Virus record (IMG/VR): IMGVR_UViG_3300031539_000004 | Coordinates: 32,001 to 96,000 of that record | Length of the DNA: 64,000 nt | Strand: one strand, 5' to 3' | From: a virus | Shown: piece by piece, positions 1-9,530 of the stretch | How positions within the stretch are numbered: the stretch's first letter is position 1 | How the letters are laid out: every line of letters begins with the position of its first letter | Notes under the pieces: generated by a model | What the model was told of the DNA's origin: nothing | The model's input: only the letters and a program-made list of their open reading frames with translations | Databases searched by the model: none | Made by a program: the position numbers and the translations under genes

Positions 1-813
1 CAGATCCCGAACGGAGGGGTGCCCGCGAGCTACGGCGGCGAGCGCACGTTCTGCGTGGCGACGATCACCTTCCCCGAGGGGTCGACGCTCGCTCCGGTGA
101 CCGCGTACAAGCCGGTCCCACCCGAGGGCGAGGCCGACGACTGGAACACGCTCTGCACGAAGACGCAGGGCCGGGCGCTCAAGAAGGCCGGGTACCCCGA
201 CAACCTCAAGGATTTGAAGGCGCTGGTGCTGTGGCGTCAGCGCAACGCCGAGGTCCACGCGATCGGCACCGCGGCGTCCGATGGGCGCGCGACGCTGGCG
301 ATCGGGTCGGGTGAGGCGGTCACGCAGGCGCTCGAGGCGGCGGGAACTTCGTCGCCGGATGGGCGCTCCGGTGATGACGATGACGGGTCGGGCGACGCCC
401 CGCATCCCGAGACCGTCGCGCAGATCCGTGAGGCGTTCGGCGAGGTCGACGCCGAGGTGCAGGCGAAGGCGAAGGCGTGGGCCGATGAGGCCGGGTTCGA
501 TCTGCTCGCCCCGCCGACCGAGGAGACGGCGTCGAAGGTGCTCACGAAGCTGCGGGCGACGCTGGCGAAGAGCGCCGATGATGAGGTGGTCGACGCCGAG
601 CTGGTCCCCGAGGGGGTCGACCCGGCGACGGGTGAGCTGCTCGAGGGCGACGCTGCGATGGTCGCGGAACTGGTCGCGGGCCTCAACGCCGACGAGATGA
701 AGCTCTACGAGGGCTACCTCGCGACGATCGGTGCGCCGGCGACGCTCGGCGAGATGACCGAGGAGCACATCGGGCTGGTCATGGAGTGGCTCGAGGCCGG
801 TGAGAACGTATGA
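1..813 (+). CDS. Single-strand annealing protein (Sak/Rad52/ERF-like), 5' truncated by window edge
   Basis: Frame open from position 1; TKTQGRALKKAGY resembles the SAIGRAL-type motif; acidic C-terminus; next to HIRAN and SSB. Confidence 0.5.
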   Translation, partial: QIPNGGVPASYGGERTFCVATITFPEGSTLAPVTAYKPVPPEGEADDWNTLCTKTQGRALKKAGYPDNLKDLKALVLWRQRNAEVHAIGTAASDGRATLAIGSGEAVTQALEAAGTSSPDGRSGDDDDGSGDAPHPETVAQIREAFGEVDAEVQAKAKAWADEAGFDLLAPPTEETASKVLTKLRATLAKSADDEVVDAELVPEGVDPATGELLEGDAAMVAELVAGLNADEMKLYEGYLATIGAPATLGEMTEEHIGLVMEWLEAGENV

Positions 814-1202
814 GGACGCTCCAGTTCAAGGTCGTCGGGCTGACGTTCGTTCCGGGCTACCCGGACAACCTGTACCGGTTGCAGGAGGTCGCCGCGGAGC
901 GTTACCTCACGGGGCCGTCGGCGAGCTTCGGCGATCACGACGCGCCCGAGCCGCTGCCGGTGGTGCTGATCCGCGACCCGGACAACAAGTACGACGCCAA
1001 CGCGATCGAGGTCCACGTTCCGGCGCTCGGCCGGCACGGGATGATCGGCCACGTCCCTGCGAAGGATCCGGCGATCGCGTCGAAGCTCGCGCCGCTCCTC
1101 GACAAGGGCGAGGTGTGGAAGGCGGGGATGACGGCCGTGCTCGTCCACCCCGACAACCCGGACAACCCGGGCATCGAGATCCGCTGCGAGCGGCAGAGCT
1201 GA
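810..1202 (+). CDS. HIRAN domain protein
   Basis: FKVVGLTF...LIRDPDNKYDANAIEV...IGHVP matches the HIRAN pattern; ATGA overlap with upstream stop. Confidence 0.85.
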   Translation: MRTLQFKVVGLTFVPGYPDNLYRLQEVAAERYLTGPSASFGDHDAPEPLPVVLIRDPDNKYDANAIEVHVPALGRHGMIGHVPAKDPAIASKLAPLLDKGEVWKAGMTAVLVHPDNPDNPGIEIRCERQS

Positions 1203-1283
1203 CCCAAGGACTGCACCGGTTGAACGAGGCCCTGGCCGGTGGAGGTAGAACACCGGGCCTCACCAATCCAGAAGGAGCCAGCG

Positions 1284-1775
1284 ATGGCAAACGACAACAC
1301 CGTCACGGTGATCGGGAACGCGACTCGTGACCCCGAACTCCGGTTCACCAACAGCGGCCAGGCGGTCGCCAACTTCGGCATCGCCTACAACAAGCGGAAG
1401 AAGAACTCGAGCACCGGCGAGTGGGAGGACCAGGACCCGGCGTTCTTCAACGTGACCGTGTGGGGCCAGATGGCCGAGAACGTCGCCGAGTCGATCTCGA
1501 AGGGGACGCGCTGCGTCGTCTTCGGCCGGCTCGATCAGCGGTCGTGGGAGACCAAGGAGGGCGACAAGCGTTCTCAGGTCGAGATCATCGCCGACGAGGT
1601 GTGCGCTTCGATGCGCTGGGCGACCGTGGACGTGACCCGCAACGAGAAGCGCGACGGCGGCGGCGACGGGAACCGTGGCGGTGGTGGGAACCGTGGCGGC
1701 TCGAGCGGCGGCAACCAGGGCAACCAGGGCGGCGGCAACGGCGGCGGGTTCAACCCCGACGAGGAGCCCTTCTAG
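1284..1775 (+). CDS. ssb: Single-stranded DNA-binding protein
   Basis: MANDNTVTVIGNATRDPELRFTNSGQAVANF; Gly-rich linker; acidic DEEPF tail; GAAGGAG RBS. Confidence 0.97.
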   Translation: MANDNTVTVIGNATRDPELRFTNSGQAVANFGIAYNKRKKNSSTGEWEDQDPAFFNVTVWGQMAENVAESISKGTRCVVFGRLDQRSWETKEGDKRSQVEIIADEVCASMRWATVDVTRNEKRDGGGDGNRGGGGNRGGSSGGNQGNQGGGNGGGFNPDEEPF

Positions 1776-1841
1776 CCGAGCGGGCTGGGGGCCGCCGGCC
1801 AAAGTGTCGGCGCGCCCCTGGGCCTCGGCCTGCTTCGACCG

Positions 1842-2300
1842 ATGACTGATCCCACGACTTCGCGGACGCTCCAGTTCGGGCTGACCTGCCACGCCTGCGG
1901 CGAACCCCTTGTGTTCCTCGGGGCCGGCCACGGGACCGGGGACGGGACGATGAGGCGCGCCCGGGTGTGGTGCGTCGATTGCGACAACGGGTTCGTGCTC
2001 ACCCTCACGATGCGGGCGATGTCGCCGACCGAGCGGGCCGTCCAGAAGGGCGAAGAGGTCCCCGAGCTCGCCCCGAGGTTGCGGCCACACGAGGGCGACG
2101 GCGAGCTGGGGCGCGAGCCGGTGGACCGGACGGGGCCGAGGGCGGGGGCCAGGGCGTTGCGCTCGAGCGCCCCGGTGGACCTTCCCGCCGGGGATCACGG
2201 GACCCGGTACGCGTACGAGCGGCACGGGTGCCGGTGCGACCCTTGCACCGATGAGCAGACGGCGTCGAAGCGCCGCTACCTCGAGCGGAAGTCGGCGTGA
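1842..2300 (+). CDS. Cys-rich hypothetical protein (putative Zn-binding)
   Basis: CxxC pairs and HGTRYAYERHGCRCDPC motif. Confidence 0.6.
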   Translation: MTDPTTSRTLQFGLTCHACGEPLVFLGAGHGTGDGTMRRARVWCVDCDNGFVLTLTMRAMSPTERAVQKGEEVPELAPRLRPHEGDGELGREPVDRTGPRAGARALRSSAPVDLPAGDHGTRYAYERHGCRCDPCTDEQTASKRRYLERKSA

Positions 2301-2438
2301 TTCGGGGCGGCGACGCCGAAGTTCTTTCCGGGTTTCTCCCGCGACCCCGAGTTTCCCGCGTCACACAGCGGGTTTCTCGGATGCCAGCGAGGCTAGGTTT
2401 CCTTGACTCCCTGTAGCCTTATCGGTTACAGTGATTAC

Positions 2439-2714
2439 ATGAAGAACCACACGAACACCGCAGCCCGCAACGAGATCACCTTCGAAGGTGACACCTACGA
2501 GACGGCAACGCTCGCCACCGAGCTCGCCGCCCTCATCGAGAGCGCCGATCGGGACTACCGAGACCTCGCCGTCGAGCTGGTCGAAGCCCTCGGCGTCACC
2601 GTCGAGACGGCCATCACCGGCCGGAACGTCACCGTCACGCTTGACGCAGACGTGGACGTCGCTGGAGTGATCGACCTGCTCAACGCCGCCGACGTTGACT
2701 ACAGCGACCGCTGA
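2439..2714 (+). CDS. Hypothetical protein, leaderless
   Basis: ATG 6 nt after TACAGT -10 of TTGACT-N18-TACAGT promoter. Confidence 0.7.
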   Translation: MKNHTNTAARNEITFEGDTYETATLATELAALIESADRDYRDLAVELVEALGVTVETAITGRNVTVTLDADVDVAGVIDLLNAADVDYSDR

Positions 2715-2744
2715 ACCTCACCACCGAGAACTAGGAGCCACACC

Positions 2745-2951
2745 ATGAGCACCGCACCCTTCATCACCCGCAGCCTCGAGGTCGCAGCAGTGGCCGACGA
2801 GGAAATCCTCGCCTTCACCCGGCCCGGCTGGAGCGAGTACGTCGCCCGCTTCGAAGCGGCCAAGCTCGCCGCTCACAAGGGGATTCCGGTGCGGCACCGC
2901 CACAACGGCGAGGACACCCTCGTCTACATCGACCACCTCGAAGAAGGCTGA
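2745..2951 (+). CDS. Hypothetical protein
   Basis: AGGAG RBS; GC-skewed codon usage. Confidence 0.65.
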   Translation: MSTAPFITRSLEVAAVADEEILAFTRPGWSEYVARFEAAKLAAHKGIPVRHRHNGEDTLVYIDHLEEG

Positions 2952-2982
2952 GGCGTAGCTCCAGCGGCTACGCTCGGGGCCG

Positions 2983-3465
2983 ATGAGCCTCGAACGCAAG
3001 ACCCCGATGCGGCGAGACGGCGAGGGGGCGCGGAAGTTCGCGAACCAACGGTCGTCGCTGAGTAATGGCGGATCGAACCTGAAGCGGACCCGGATGAAGC
3101 CGAGGTCGGCGAAGCGGTCGAAGGTCATGGCCGACGACCGGGTGCCGTACATCCAGTCCTTGATCGAGGCGGGCGTCGGGTGCGAGATCGGCCCGATGCT
3201 CACCGAGGCAGCCTCTCTGTTGGCCGCTGAGGGCATCGAGGTGCGATGCGGGGGCCACATCGAAGGGCTGCATGAACGGCGCAAGCGGAGCGCTGGGGGC
3301 TCGCTGACGGCCCGCGAGAACCTGATCCCGGCGTGCAACTGGTGCAACGGGCTGGTCGAGGACGAACCTCGGGTGGTGCGGGAGCTGTTCGGCGTCGCGC
3401 TGGTCCTTCGACCAGGGGACGCCGACTACGACCGGATGGGCGCTCGGGCCGATCGGGGGCTGTGA
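2983..3465 (+). CDS. HNH-like nuclease / phage protein
   Basis: HERRKRSAGG...NLIPACNWCN; basic N-terminus. Confidence 0.6.
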   Translation: MSLERKTPMRRDGEGARKFANQRSSLSNGGSNLKRTRMKPRSAKRSKVMADDRVPYIQSLIEAGVGCEIGPMLTEAASLLAAEGIEVRCGGHIEGLHERRKRSAGGSLTARENLIPACNWCNGLVEDEPRVVRELFGVALVLRPGDADYDRMGARADRGL

Positions 3466-4010
3466 TGCCGTCCGGCCGGCCGAAGACACCGAAGGCGCTG
3501 GTCGATTCGATCCTCGCTGATCTCGAGGAGCCGATCTCGGCGGCGATCGCTGATCTTCATCCCGATGCCGGCGACCCGGTGGCGCTCGCGAAGACGGTCC
3601 TGGCGACCGAGGTGTTGCAGATGATGGTCTGGCAGGTGGTCGAGGGGGCCAGCTCGGCCGACTGTGGGCAGCGGCTCGCCGACGCGGTGACCGAGCTCGG
3701 GCTGATGGCCGAACGGCTCGAGGCGGCGCAGCGGACGATCCGTCGGGTGGAGAAAGGCCTTCCGGGGAAGAAGGAAGCGGCGGCGGCGATGGAACCGCAA
3801 GCGCAGCTCGAGGCGATCGGCGGGCTGATCGCGGCGAGGGTGCCGCACGAGTTCCGTGGCCGTGAGCATGAGCCGATCGGCGCGGTCGCGCTCGACGTGC
3901 TCGACAAGCGGTTGCCGGGGCGTGACCCTCGGGGGTTGCTCGCTTCGGAGGGGTGGCCTGGCCGGCGCAAGGCAGCGAAGACCGAGTCGATCGAGATGCC
4001 GGGGCGCTGA
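3465..4010 (+). CDS. Hypothetical protein
   Basis: TGATG coupling to upstream ORF. Confidence 0.55.
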   Translation: MPSGRPKTPKALVDSILADLEEPISAAIADLHPDAGDPVALAKTVLATEVLQMMVWQVVEGASSADCGQRLADAVTELGLMAERLEAAQRTIRRVEKGLPGKKEAAAAMEPQAQLEAIGGLIAARVPHEFRGREHEPIGAVALDVLDKRLPGRDPRGLLASEGWPGRRKAAKTESIEMPGR

Positions 4011-4011
4011 G

Positions 4012-4560
4012 ATGGCTGGCTGCGCTGTCGAGGGGTGCGTCGGTCGCCACTACGCCAAGGGGTACTGCTCGGCCCACTACCGCCGGCTGAAGCGCCACGG
4101 CGATGTGCTCGCTGGGCGGGCGATCGGGCAACGCAAGACGACCCCGCCGCTCGAGCGGTTCGAGTCGCACATCGACCGGGGCGGCCCTGGCGGGTGTTGG
4201 CTGTGGACCGCGTTCTGCAACGACGACGGGTACGGCAGGTTCTGGCCGAAGCCTCGGTGGATGGTCCCCGCCCACGCCTTCGCCTACGCGGTGTGGCGCG
4301 GCCCGATGCCGGCGGGGACCGAGCTCGACCACACCTGTCGGACCCGCAACTGCGTGAACCCGGACCACCTCGAGGCGGTCACGCACCACGAGAACCTGTT
4401 GCGCTCGCCGAACACCTTGGCGTCGATCAACGCCGCGAAGACCGAGTGCGCTCAGGGCCACCCTTATGACGACGAGAACACGATGCATGCTCACGGTAGG
4501 CGCTACTGCTTGGCGTGCATCGGCGAGAGGAGCAGACGTGGCGAAGCGGTTGACCAATGA
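4012..4560 (+). CDS. HNH endonuclease (HNH_3-like)
   Basis: CAVEGC..YCSAHY Zn motif; GCWLWTA; ELDHTCRTRNCVNPDHLEAVTHHEN. Confidence 0.92.
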   Translation: MAGCAVEGCVGRHYAKGYCSAHYRRLKRHGDVLAGRAIGQRKTTPPLERFESHIDRGGPGGCWLWTAFCNDDGYGRFWPKPRWMVPAHAFAYAVWRGPMPAGTELDHTCRTRNCVNPDHLEAVTHHENLLRSPNTLASINAAKTECAQGHPYDDENTMHAHGRRYCLACIGERSRRGEAVDQ

Positions 4561-4951
4561 GGAGCGGCAGCTCCGGTCGATCTCCGAGAAGGCGTTGCAG
4601 AGCTGGATCATCGATCTCGGCAAGATCGGCGGCTGGCGGATCTGTCACTTCCACGACTCGCGCCGGCAGGTCGCGCCCGGCGTGTTCGTCGGCGACAAGG
4701 AGGCGAAGGGGTTCCCTGACACGGTTCTGATCCGGCCGCCCGAGATCATCTTTTGGGAGCTGAAGCGTGAGGGGCCTCCTTCGGCTGCGAAGCCGACGCC
4801 CGAGCAGGAGCGATGGCTGGCCGAGCTCAGCGCGTGTGGTCTCGAGGCGCGGGTGGTGCGACCGTCGGACTTCGAGGGGTACGTCAAGGAGCGGCTCCTT
4901 CGCCCCCGCGAGGGCGGGCTGACCACGGTCCCGAGGGATCCCCCGCTGTAG
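4538..4951 (+). CDS. VRR-NUC domain nuclease
   Basis: SEKALQ...GFPDTVL...FWELK...PEQERWL pattern. Confidence 0.85.
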   Translation: MAKRLTNEERQLRSISEKALQSWIIDLGKIGGWRICHFHDSRRQVAPGVFVGDKEAKGFPDTVLIRPPEIIFWELKREGPPSAAKPTPEQERWLAELSACGLEARVVRPSDFEGYVKERLLRPREGGLTTVPRDPPL

Positions 4952-4987
4952 TTGCATCGGCTACACCGGATCGGGTAGGGTGGTCCC

Positions 4988-5320
4988 ATGATGAACCACA
5001 CGAACCCCGAACCCCCCCGGTGGCGGCCTCGCCTCGGCGGCCTCCCCTGGGCCGGCGAAGTCAGCGACGACCAGCTCGGCGAATGGGGCTGGCCGGTCCT
5101 CAGGACCGAGAAAATGATGGGGACCACGATAACTGTCCGCGAAGGCATGCACCGCCACCTCGCGGTCCATGAAGCGTGGGGCGCTCACCTCCTCAACGTC
5201 GGCGGCACGAACTCAGCGTGGCTCGACTGGCGGGAACAGAACCCGCAGGGGCCTCGGGGCAGCTTCGATCACGAAGTCCACGCGTGGCTCACCCGCCAAC
5301 GGCAACCCGCCGCGGCGTGA
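4988..5320 (+). CDS. Hypothetical protein, leaderless
   Basis: ATG 6 nt after TAGGGT -10; operator palindrome 4948-4964. Confidence 0.6.
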   Translation: MMNHTNPEPPRWRPRLGGLPWAGEVSDDQLGEWGWPVLRTEKMMGTTITVREGMHRHLAVHEAWGAHLLNVGGTNSAWLDWREQNPQGPRGSFDHEVHAWLTRQRQPAAA

Positions 5321-5643
5321 AGGCCGACCGTCTCGCCGGACTGCTCGTGAAGCAGCTCGAGGGCGACCGGCCGATCGACGGGCCGACCCGCGCCGCGGTC
5401 CTCGCCGCGGACCGCGGCCGGTGCGTCGCGTGCGGGTCCCGAGCGGACCTGACGATCGACCACATCTGGCCCCGCGCTCGAGGAGGCATCACCACCCGGC
5501 GCAACCTTCTGGCGCTCTGCCGCGCCTGCAACTCGAGCAAGGGGGACCGGTCGCCGTGGGAGTGGCGGGGCCGTCCCGGCGTCGGTCATCGGCGGCTGCG
5601 ACTCGCGGCGAGAAGCATGCTTCGGCTCGCAGGTCTGTTGTAG
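5317..5643 (+). CDS. HNH endonuclease
   Basis: CVACGSRADLTIDHIWPRARGG...NLLALCRACNSSKG. Confidence 0.92.
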   Translation: MKADRLAGLLVKQLEGDRPIDGPTRAAVLAADRGRCVACGSRADLTIDHIWPRARGGITTRRNLLALCRACNSSKGDRSPWEWRGRPGVGHRRLRLAARSMLRLAGLL

Positions 5644-5803
5644 GGTCGGCGGTCTCGGGTCCGACGCTCATGGGGCCGAGCGAATCTGAAAACGAATGGA
5701 CCCCCGCGATGCGTAGCGGCACCCGGGGGTCGTGAGGAACACCCAACTAGGAGGTGCGCCTGATGGCGAATACTACCGGACCGGATCGCCATGAGGGAAC
5801 CCG

Positions 5804-6694
5804 ATGAGCATCCAAGCGCTCGCTTGGCTCATCGAGGAAGTCCCGAATCTGTACCACGACGATGAGGCGCTGAGCGCGACGCAGCGGCTGGTGCTCCTGA
5901 GCATCGCCAACCACGCCGATCGGTTCGGGGGGAACGCCTGGCCGACGATGAGCACCATCTGCCACGAAGCCGGCGTGTCGAAGCGCCGAGCTCAGGATGC
6001 GATTCGGGCGCTCGAGGAGCGGGGCATCATCTCCCGTGAGGTCAACGAGGGCGGCTCGCGTGACTGCCCGGCGGATCGTCGGCCGAACCGCTACACGATC
6101 CTGCCGCTGGCGCTCGCCGACACGAACGGCGTCGATGAGGACGGGGTGGCCGCAACGATCACCCCGACGAACGGGGTGGACGCTCCGTCACCCCCGCTGA
6201 CGAACGGGGTGGACGTTCCGTCTACCCCGCGGGGTGGACGCTCCGTCACGAACGGGGTGGACGCAGCGTCCACCCAAACCGTCCTTGACCCGTCCAATGG
6301 AACCAAGAGAGACGTCGACTCGCCCGACGGCGAGCCGGGCGCGCCACGAACTCAAGCCGAGCAGGTCGCCGCGATCTTCGAAGCGTGGCGCGAGGCAACG
6401 AACCACCCGAGGGCCGTACTCGCCGGGAAGCGCAAGGCGGTCATCCTCGCCCGGCTCAAGGACGGGTACACCGAGGCCGAGCTGATCGCCGCGGTCCAGG
6501 GCATCGCGCTGAGCGACTTCCACATGGGCCAGAACGACCGGGCGAAGAAGTACGACGACATCACGCTCGCTCTCCGCGACGAGGCCCACGTCGAGGACTT
6601 CGCGAACCTCGCGATCAAGCGGCGCAAGACCGGGGGGAAGAGCTGGATGGACAGATCGACCGGTGAGCGGATGCCTGCGGGGTCGACGCCATGA
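5804..6694 (+). CDS. HTH replication initiator (lambda O-like architecture)
   Basis: LVLLSIANHADRFGGNAWPTMSTICHEAGVSKRRAQDAIRALEERGII N-terminal wHTH; internal TNGVD repeats; directly upstream of helicase. Confidence 0.85.
   Translation: MSIQALAWLIEEVPNLYHDDEALSATQRLVLLSIANHADRFGGNAWPTMSTICHEAGVSKRRAQDAIRALEERGIISREVNEGGSRDCPADRRPNRYTILPLALADTNGVDEDGVAATITPTNGVDAPSPPLTNGVDVPSTPRGGRSVTNGVDAASTQTVLDPSNGTKRDVDSPDGEPGAPRTQAEQVAAIFEAWREATNHPRAVLAGKRKAVILARLKDGYTEAELIAAVQGIALSDFHMGQNDRAKKYDDITLALRDEAHVEDFANLAIKRRKTGGKSWMDRSTGERMPAGSTP
6142..6274. repeat. Iteron-like palindromic repeats within initiator gene (putative ori)
   Basis: CGGGGTGGACG-NNN-CGTC at about 6172, 6205, 6230, 6253 plus degenerate copy at 6142. 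Confidence 0.75.
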
Positions 6695-7971
6695 GCAACC
6701 CGCGGACACCGCCAGAGAACCTCGTCGCCGAGCGTGCGCTCCTCGGGGCGTTCCTGCTGTCGACCGAGGCGGTCACCGAGGCCCGCAGGGTCGTGATGCC
6801 GGCCGACTTCTACTCGCCGAACCACGGTCAGATCTGCCACCTCGTCTACGAGATGCACGGGCGCGGTGACCCGATCGATCCGCTCACCGTCGCCGACGAG
6901 CTGCTGAAGTGCGAGTGGCTCGACCGCATCGGCGGCCCCGCCGAGCTCGTCACCCTCCTCGCGAACTGCCCGTCGACCAGTGGCGCTCCGAAGTACGCAC
7001 GGATGATCGCCGAGGCGTCGCAGCTCCGGGCGATCATGCATGCCTGCGCCGACGTGATCGAGATGGGCTACGGCAAAGAGAACCCCGGCGACGTGATCGA
7101 CTTCCTGCAGGCCCGCCTGGCCGCCGTCGATCTGTCGCTCGGCGCGGTCCCCGACAAGCTCTACCGGCTGGACGACTTCCTCGAGGCGTTCGATGAAGAG
7201 GGCCGGCCGCCGTGGGTCATCCCCGGGATCATCCGCGCCGGCTGGCGGGTCCTGCTCGTCGCCGCCGAGGGCGTCGGGAAGAGCGTCCTGTTCCGCCAGA
7301 TCGCGATCGCTGCCGCGCAGGGCATCCACCCGCTCACCTTCGACCCGATGCCGGGCGAGCCGCCAGTCACCCTCATCGTGGACCTCGAGAACCCCGAGGA
7401 CGCCATCGTGGACGTCTGCGAACCGATCCGCGACGAAGCGCTCGGCCGGGCACGCGAGAACTACAACCCGGACCGGGCGTGGCTGTGGCATCAGCCGCAG
7501 GGCATCGACCTTCGCTCGAGGGCCGGGAAGTCGAAGCTCGAGGCGGTCATCGCTCACGTCCGACCCGAGGTGGTCTGCCTCGGCCCGCTCTACAAGGCGT
7601 ACCGGACAGCGCCCCACGAGTCCGATGAGCAGGCCGCTGGCGACGTCCAGTCGGTCCTCGATGACCTGCGGATCCGCTACAAGTTCGGGGTGCTCATCGA
7701 GCACCACGCGCCGAAGGGACCGAAGGGGTCGCGCGAGCTCACCCCGTATGGGACGTCGTTGTGGTTGCGCTGGTCCGAGATCGGGATGACGATGACGCCG
7801 GCGGGCGAAGACCCCGAGGACATGACGCTCATGCGGCTCGGCCGGTTCCGTGGCGATCGGGTGGAGCACACTTGGCCGAACCGGATCCTCCGGTCGAAGC
7901 CGTGGCCGTTCGAGGGACAGTGGGACGTGGGCACCACGCAACAGCCGCCCGAAGAGATGGAGCAGTTCTGA
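6691..7971 (+). CDS. DnaB-like replicative helicase (DnaB N-domain + RecA-fold AAA_25)
   Basis: PPENLVAERALLGAFLL N-domain; Walker A AAEGVGKS; IEHH; YGTSLW. Confidence 0.9.
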   Translation: MSNPRTPPENLVAERALLGAFLLSTEAVTEARRVVMPADFYSPNHGQICHLVYEMHGRGDPIDPLTVADELLKCEWLDRIGGPAELVTLLANCPSTSGAPKYARMIAEASQLRAIMHACADVIEMGYGKENPGDVIDFLQARLAAVDLSLGAVPDKLYRLDDFLEAFDEEGRPPWVIPGIIRAGWRVLLVAAEGVGKSVLFRQIAIAAAQGIHPLTFDPMPGEPPVTLIVDLENPEDAIVDVCEPIRDEALGRARENYNPDRAWLWHQPQGIDLRSRAGKSKLEAVIAHVRPEVVCLGPLYKAYRTAPHESDEQAAGDVQSVLDDLRIRYKFGVLIEHHAPKGPKGSRELTPYGTSLWLRWSEIGMTMTPAGEDPEDMTLMRLGRFRGDRVEHTWPNRILRSKPWPFEGQWDVGTTQQPPEEMEQF

Positions 7972-8198
7972 TGGGATGGGATGACCCCGACGCCGATCCG
8001 ATGGCCGACCTGATGAAGGTCGCGGCGTCGTGGCGTGACCAGTACGAGCATCCGCCGCCGGCCCCGCCGCTGTTCTTGACGGTCGCCGAGTACGAGGCGG
8101 CGCTCGAGCTGGCCCCGCACGGTGACCCGGATGCGATCGAGGCCCAAGCCCGAGCTCTCGGGTTCGGTGGCGTAGAGGTGATGCGAAGTGGACGGTGA
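7971..8198 (+). CDS. Hypothetical protein
   Basis: TGATG coupling. Confidence 0.5.
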   Translation: MGWDDPDADPMADLMKVAASWRDQYEHPPPAPPLFLTVAEYEAALELAPHGDPDAIEAQARALGFGGVEVMRSGR

Positions 8199-8725
8199 CC
8201 TTGCAGTCCGGTGGGGCGAGCTCGCCGACCTTGGCGATAGTGAGCTGCGCGCCCGGCTGATCCAGCGGGGCGTCGACATCGATCGTGCGGCCCGTCTCGT
8301 GAACGATCGGGACCGTAGCGCCGATGCCCGCGCCGGGATCGCCGAGGCGCTGTCGTGAGCAATCAGCGGGCAATGCGGCGGAAGCTGGCGGGGGTGTCGG
8401 GCACGTCGGCACGGAAGAAGGACCCGATGAAGAACATGCGGCGCTCGGCCAAGAAGGCGGCGGCGTCGCTCGATGGCGTGGCGGCGACGTTGGCCGAGCG
8501 GTTCGGCCCGAAGACCGACAACGAGGAGGAGGCTCCCGATGACGAAGGACCCGAAGACGGCTGAGGCGTTGCAGGTCGTGGCCCGAGTGACGACGATCGT
8601 GGTGATGGTGCTGATCTGCGCGGTGCTACTCGCCCCGGTGGTTTGGCTGGCCCGCCAGTCGTGGGAGTGGGCGCTCAGCTAAACCGAGTGGATGCGGTGT
8701 AGCTGGTCCGGCTACAGTGGTCTCC

Positions 8726-8965
8726 ATGAGCAACCACGACCGACACGACCTGCAGCTCGGGGTACCGGCGTCCTCGCCGATCCGCCTCAGCCGGATCGAC
8801 AACATCGACTCCGACCGGATCGTCCGTCGGCTCGACTGGCTGCTCGACAACCGGGCGCAGCTCGCCTACGACTGCGACAGCCGGAACCAGCTCGGCCACC
8901 TCGCCCGCCAGATCATCGGGCTGCAGCGGGCGCTGCGGGACCGGGGCATCGACCCTCGGGTCTGA
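8726..8965 (+). CDS. Hypothetical protein, leaderless
   Basis: ATG 7 nt after TACAGT; operator 8699-8715. Confidence 0.65.
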   Translation: MSNHDRHDLQLGVPASSPIRLSRIDNIDSDRIVRRLDWLLDNRAQLAYDCDSRNQLGHLARQIIGLQRALRDRGIDPRV

Positions 8966-8966
8966 A

Positions 8967-9443
8967 TCAGACCTCGACCCACGGGGCCGACGCCTTCGCC
9001 AGCGACCAGCGCGGCCCGCGCTTCGCGTCGGGATGCTCGAAGTCCCCGGCCAGGGCGACCAGCTCGAGGCCGTACTTCGACCACCGAGGCCGGCGTCGGC
9101 TGATGGCGAACACCTCCGTGACCGCTCGGGCATCGAGCTCGGCGGTGAGCGCCGGCCAGAAGTTGACCGCCAATCCGCCGCGGTGATCGGGGTCGATGTA
9201 GAACCAGCGGACGTACCAGCCGGGGTGGCTCACCTCGGGCGACGGGTCGGGGAACTCCTCGGCGCGGAGGAACCCGTACAGGGTGCCGGGCTGCCCTTCG
9301 GTGTGGAGACCGAGCCAGATCTGTGCGGGGTCGGCGATGAACCCGGCGATCGTGTCGGCGGTCAGGTTCGGCAGCGCAGCTCCCCGGAGGCGGATGATCT
9401 CGCCGGCGTGGGCGGCCTCGAGCGGGGTCGCGGTGTAGCTCAT
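8967..9443 (-). CDS. GNAT-like acetyltransferase
   Basis: WYVRWFYIDPDHRGGLA resembles GNAT motif A; only - strand ORF locally. Confidence 0.55.
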   Translation of the reverse strand: MSYTATPLEAAHAGEIIRLRGAALPNLTADTIAGFIADPAQIWLGLHTEGQPGTLYGFLRAEEFPDPSPEVSHPGWYVRWFYIDPDHRGGLAVNFWPALTAELDARAVTEVFAISRRRPRWSKYGLELVALAGDFEHPDAKRGPRWSLAKASAPWVEV

Positions 9444-9463
9444 CGGGCCATCCTACGACGCTG

Positions 9464-9493
9464 AAAGGACCGCCCCGAGGAGCGGCCCTTTCG
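9464..9493. terminator. Hairpin, possible bidirectional intrinsic terminator
   Basis: GAAAGG-ACCGC...GCGG-CCCTTTC inverted repeat. Confidence 0.5.
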
Positions 9494-9530
9494 TTGCAGT
9501 CCTGTTACATCGCCGACTACTCTCGGGCTT

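Noticed and set aside
6352-8412. Long antisense/alternate-frame ORFs (e.g. 6352-8412, 22766-24484, 34576-36102, 55757-57919, 36697-39724 set, 59674-61480 set)
   Set aside because: Arg/Pro/Ala-rich shadow frames expected at about 70% GC; no motifs or RBS; they overlap well-supported genes or the non-coding tracts
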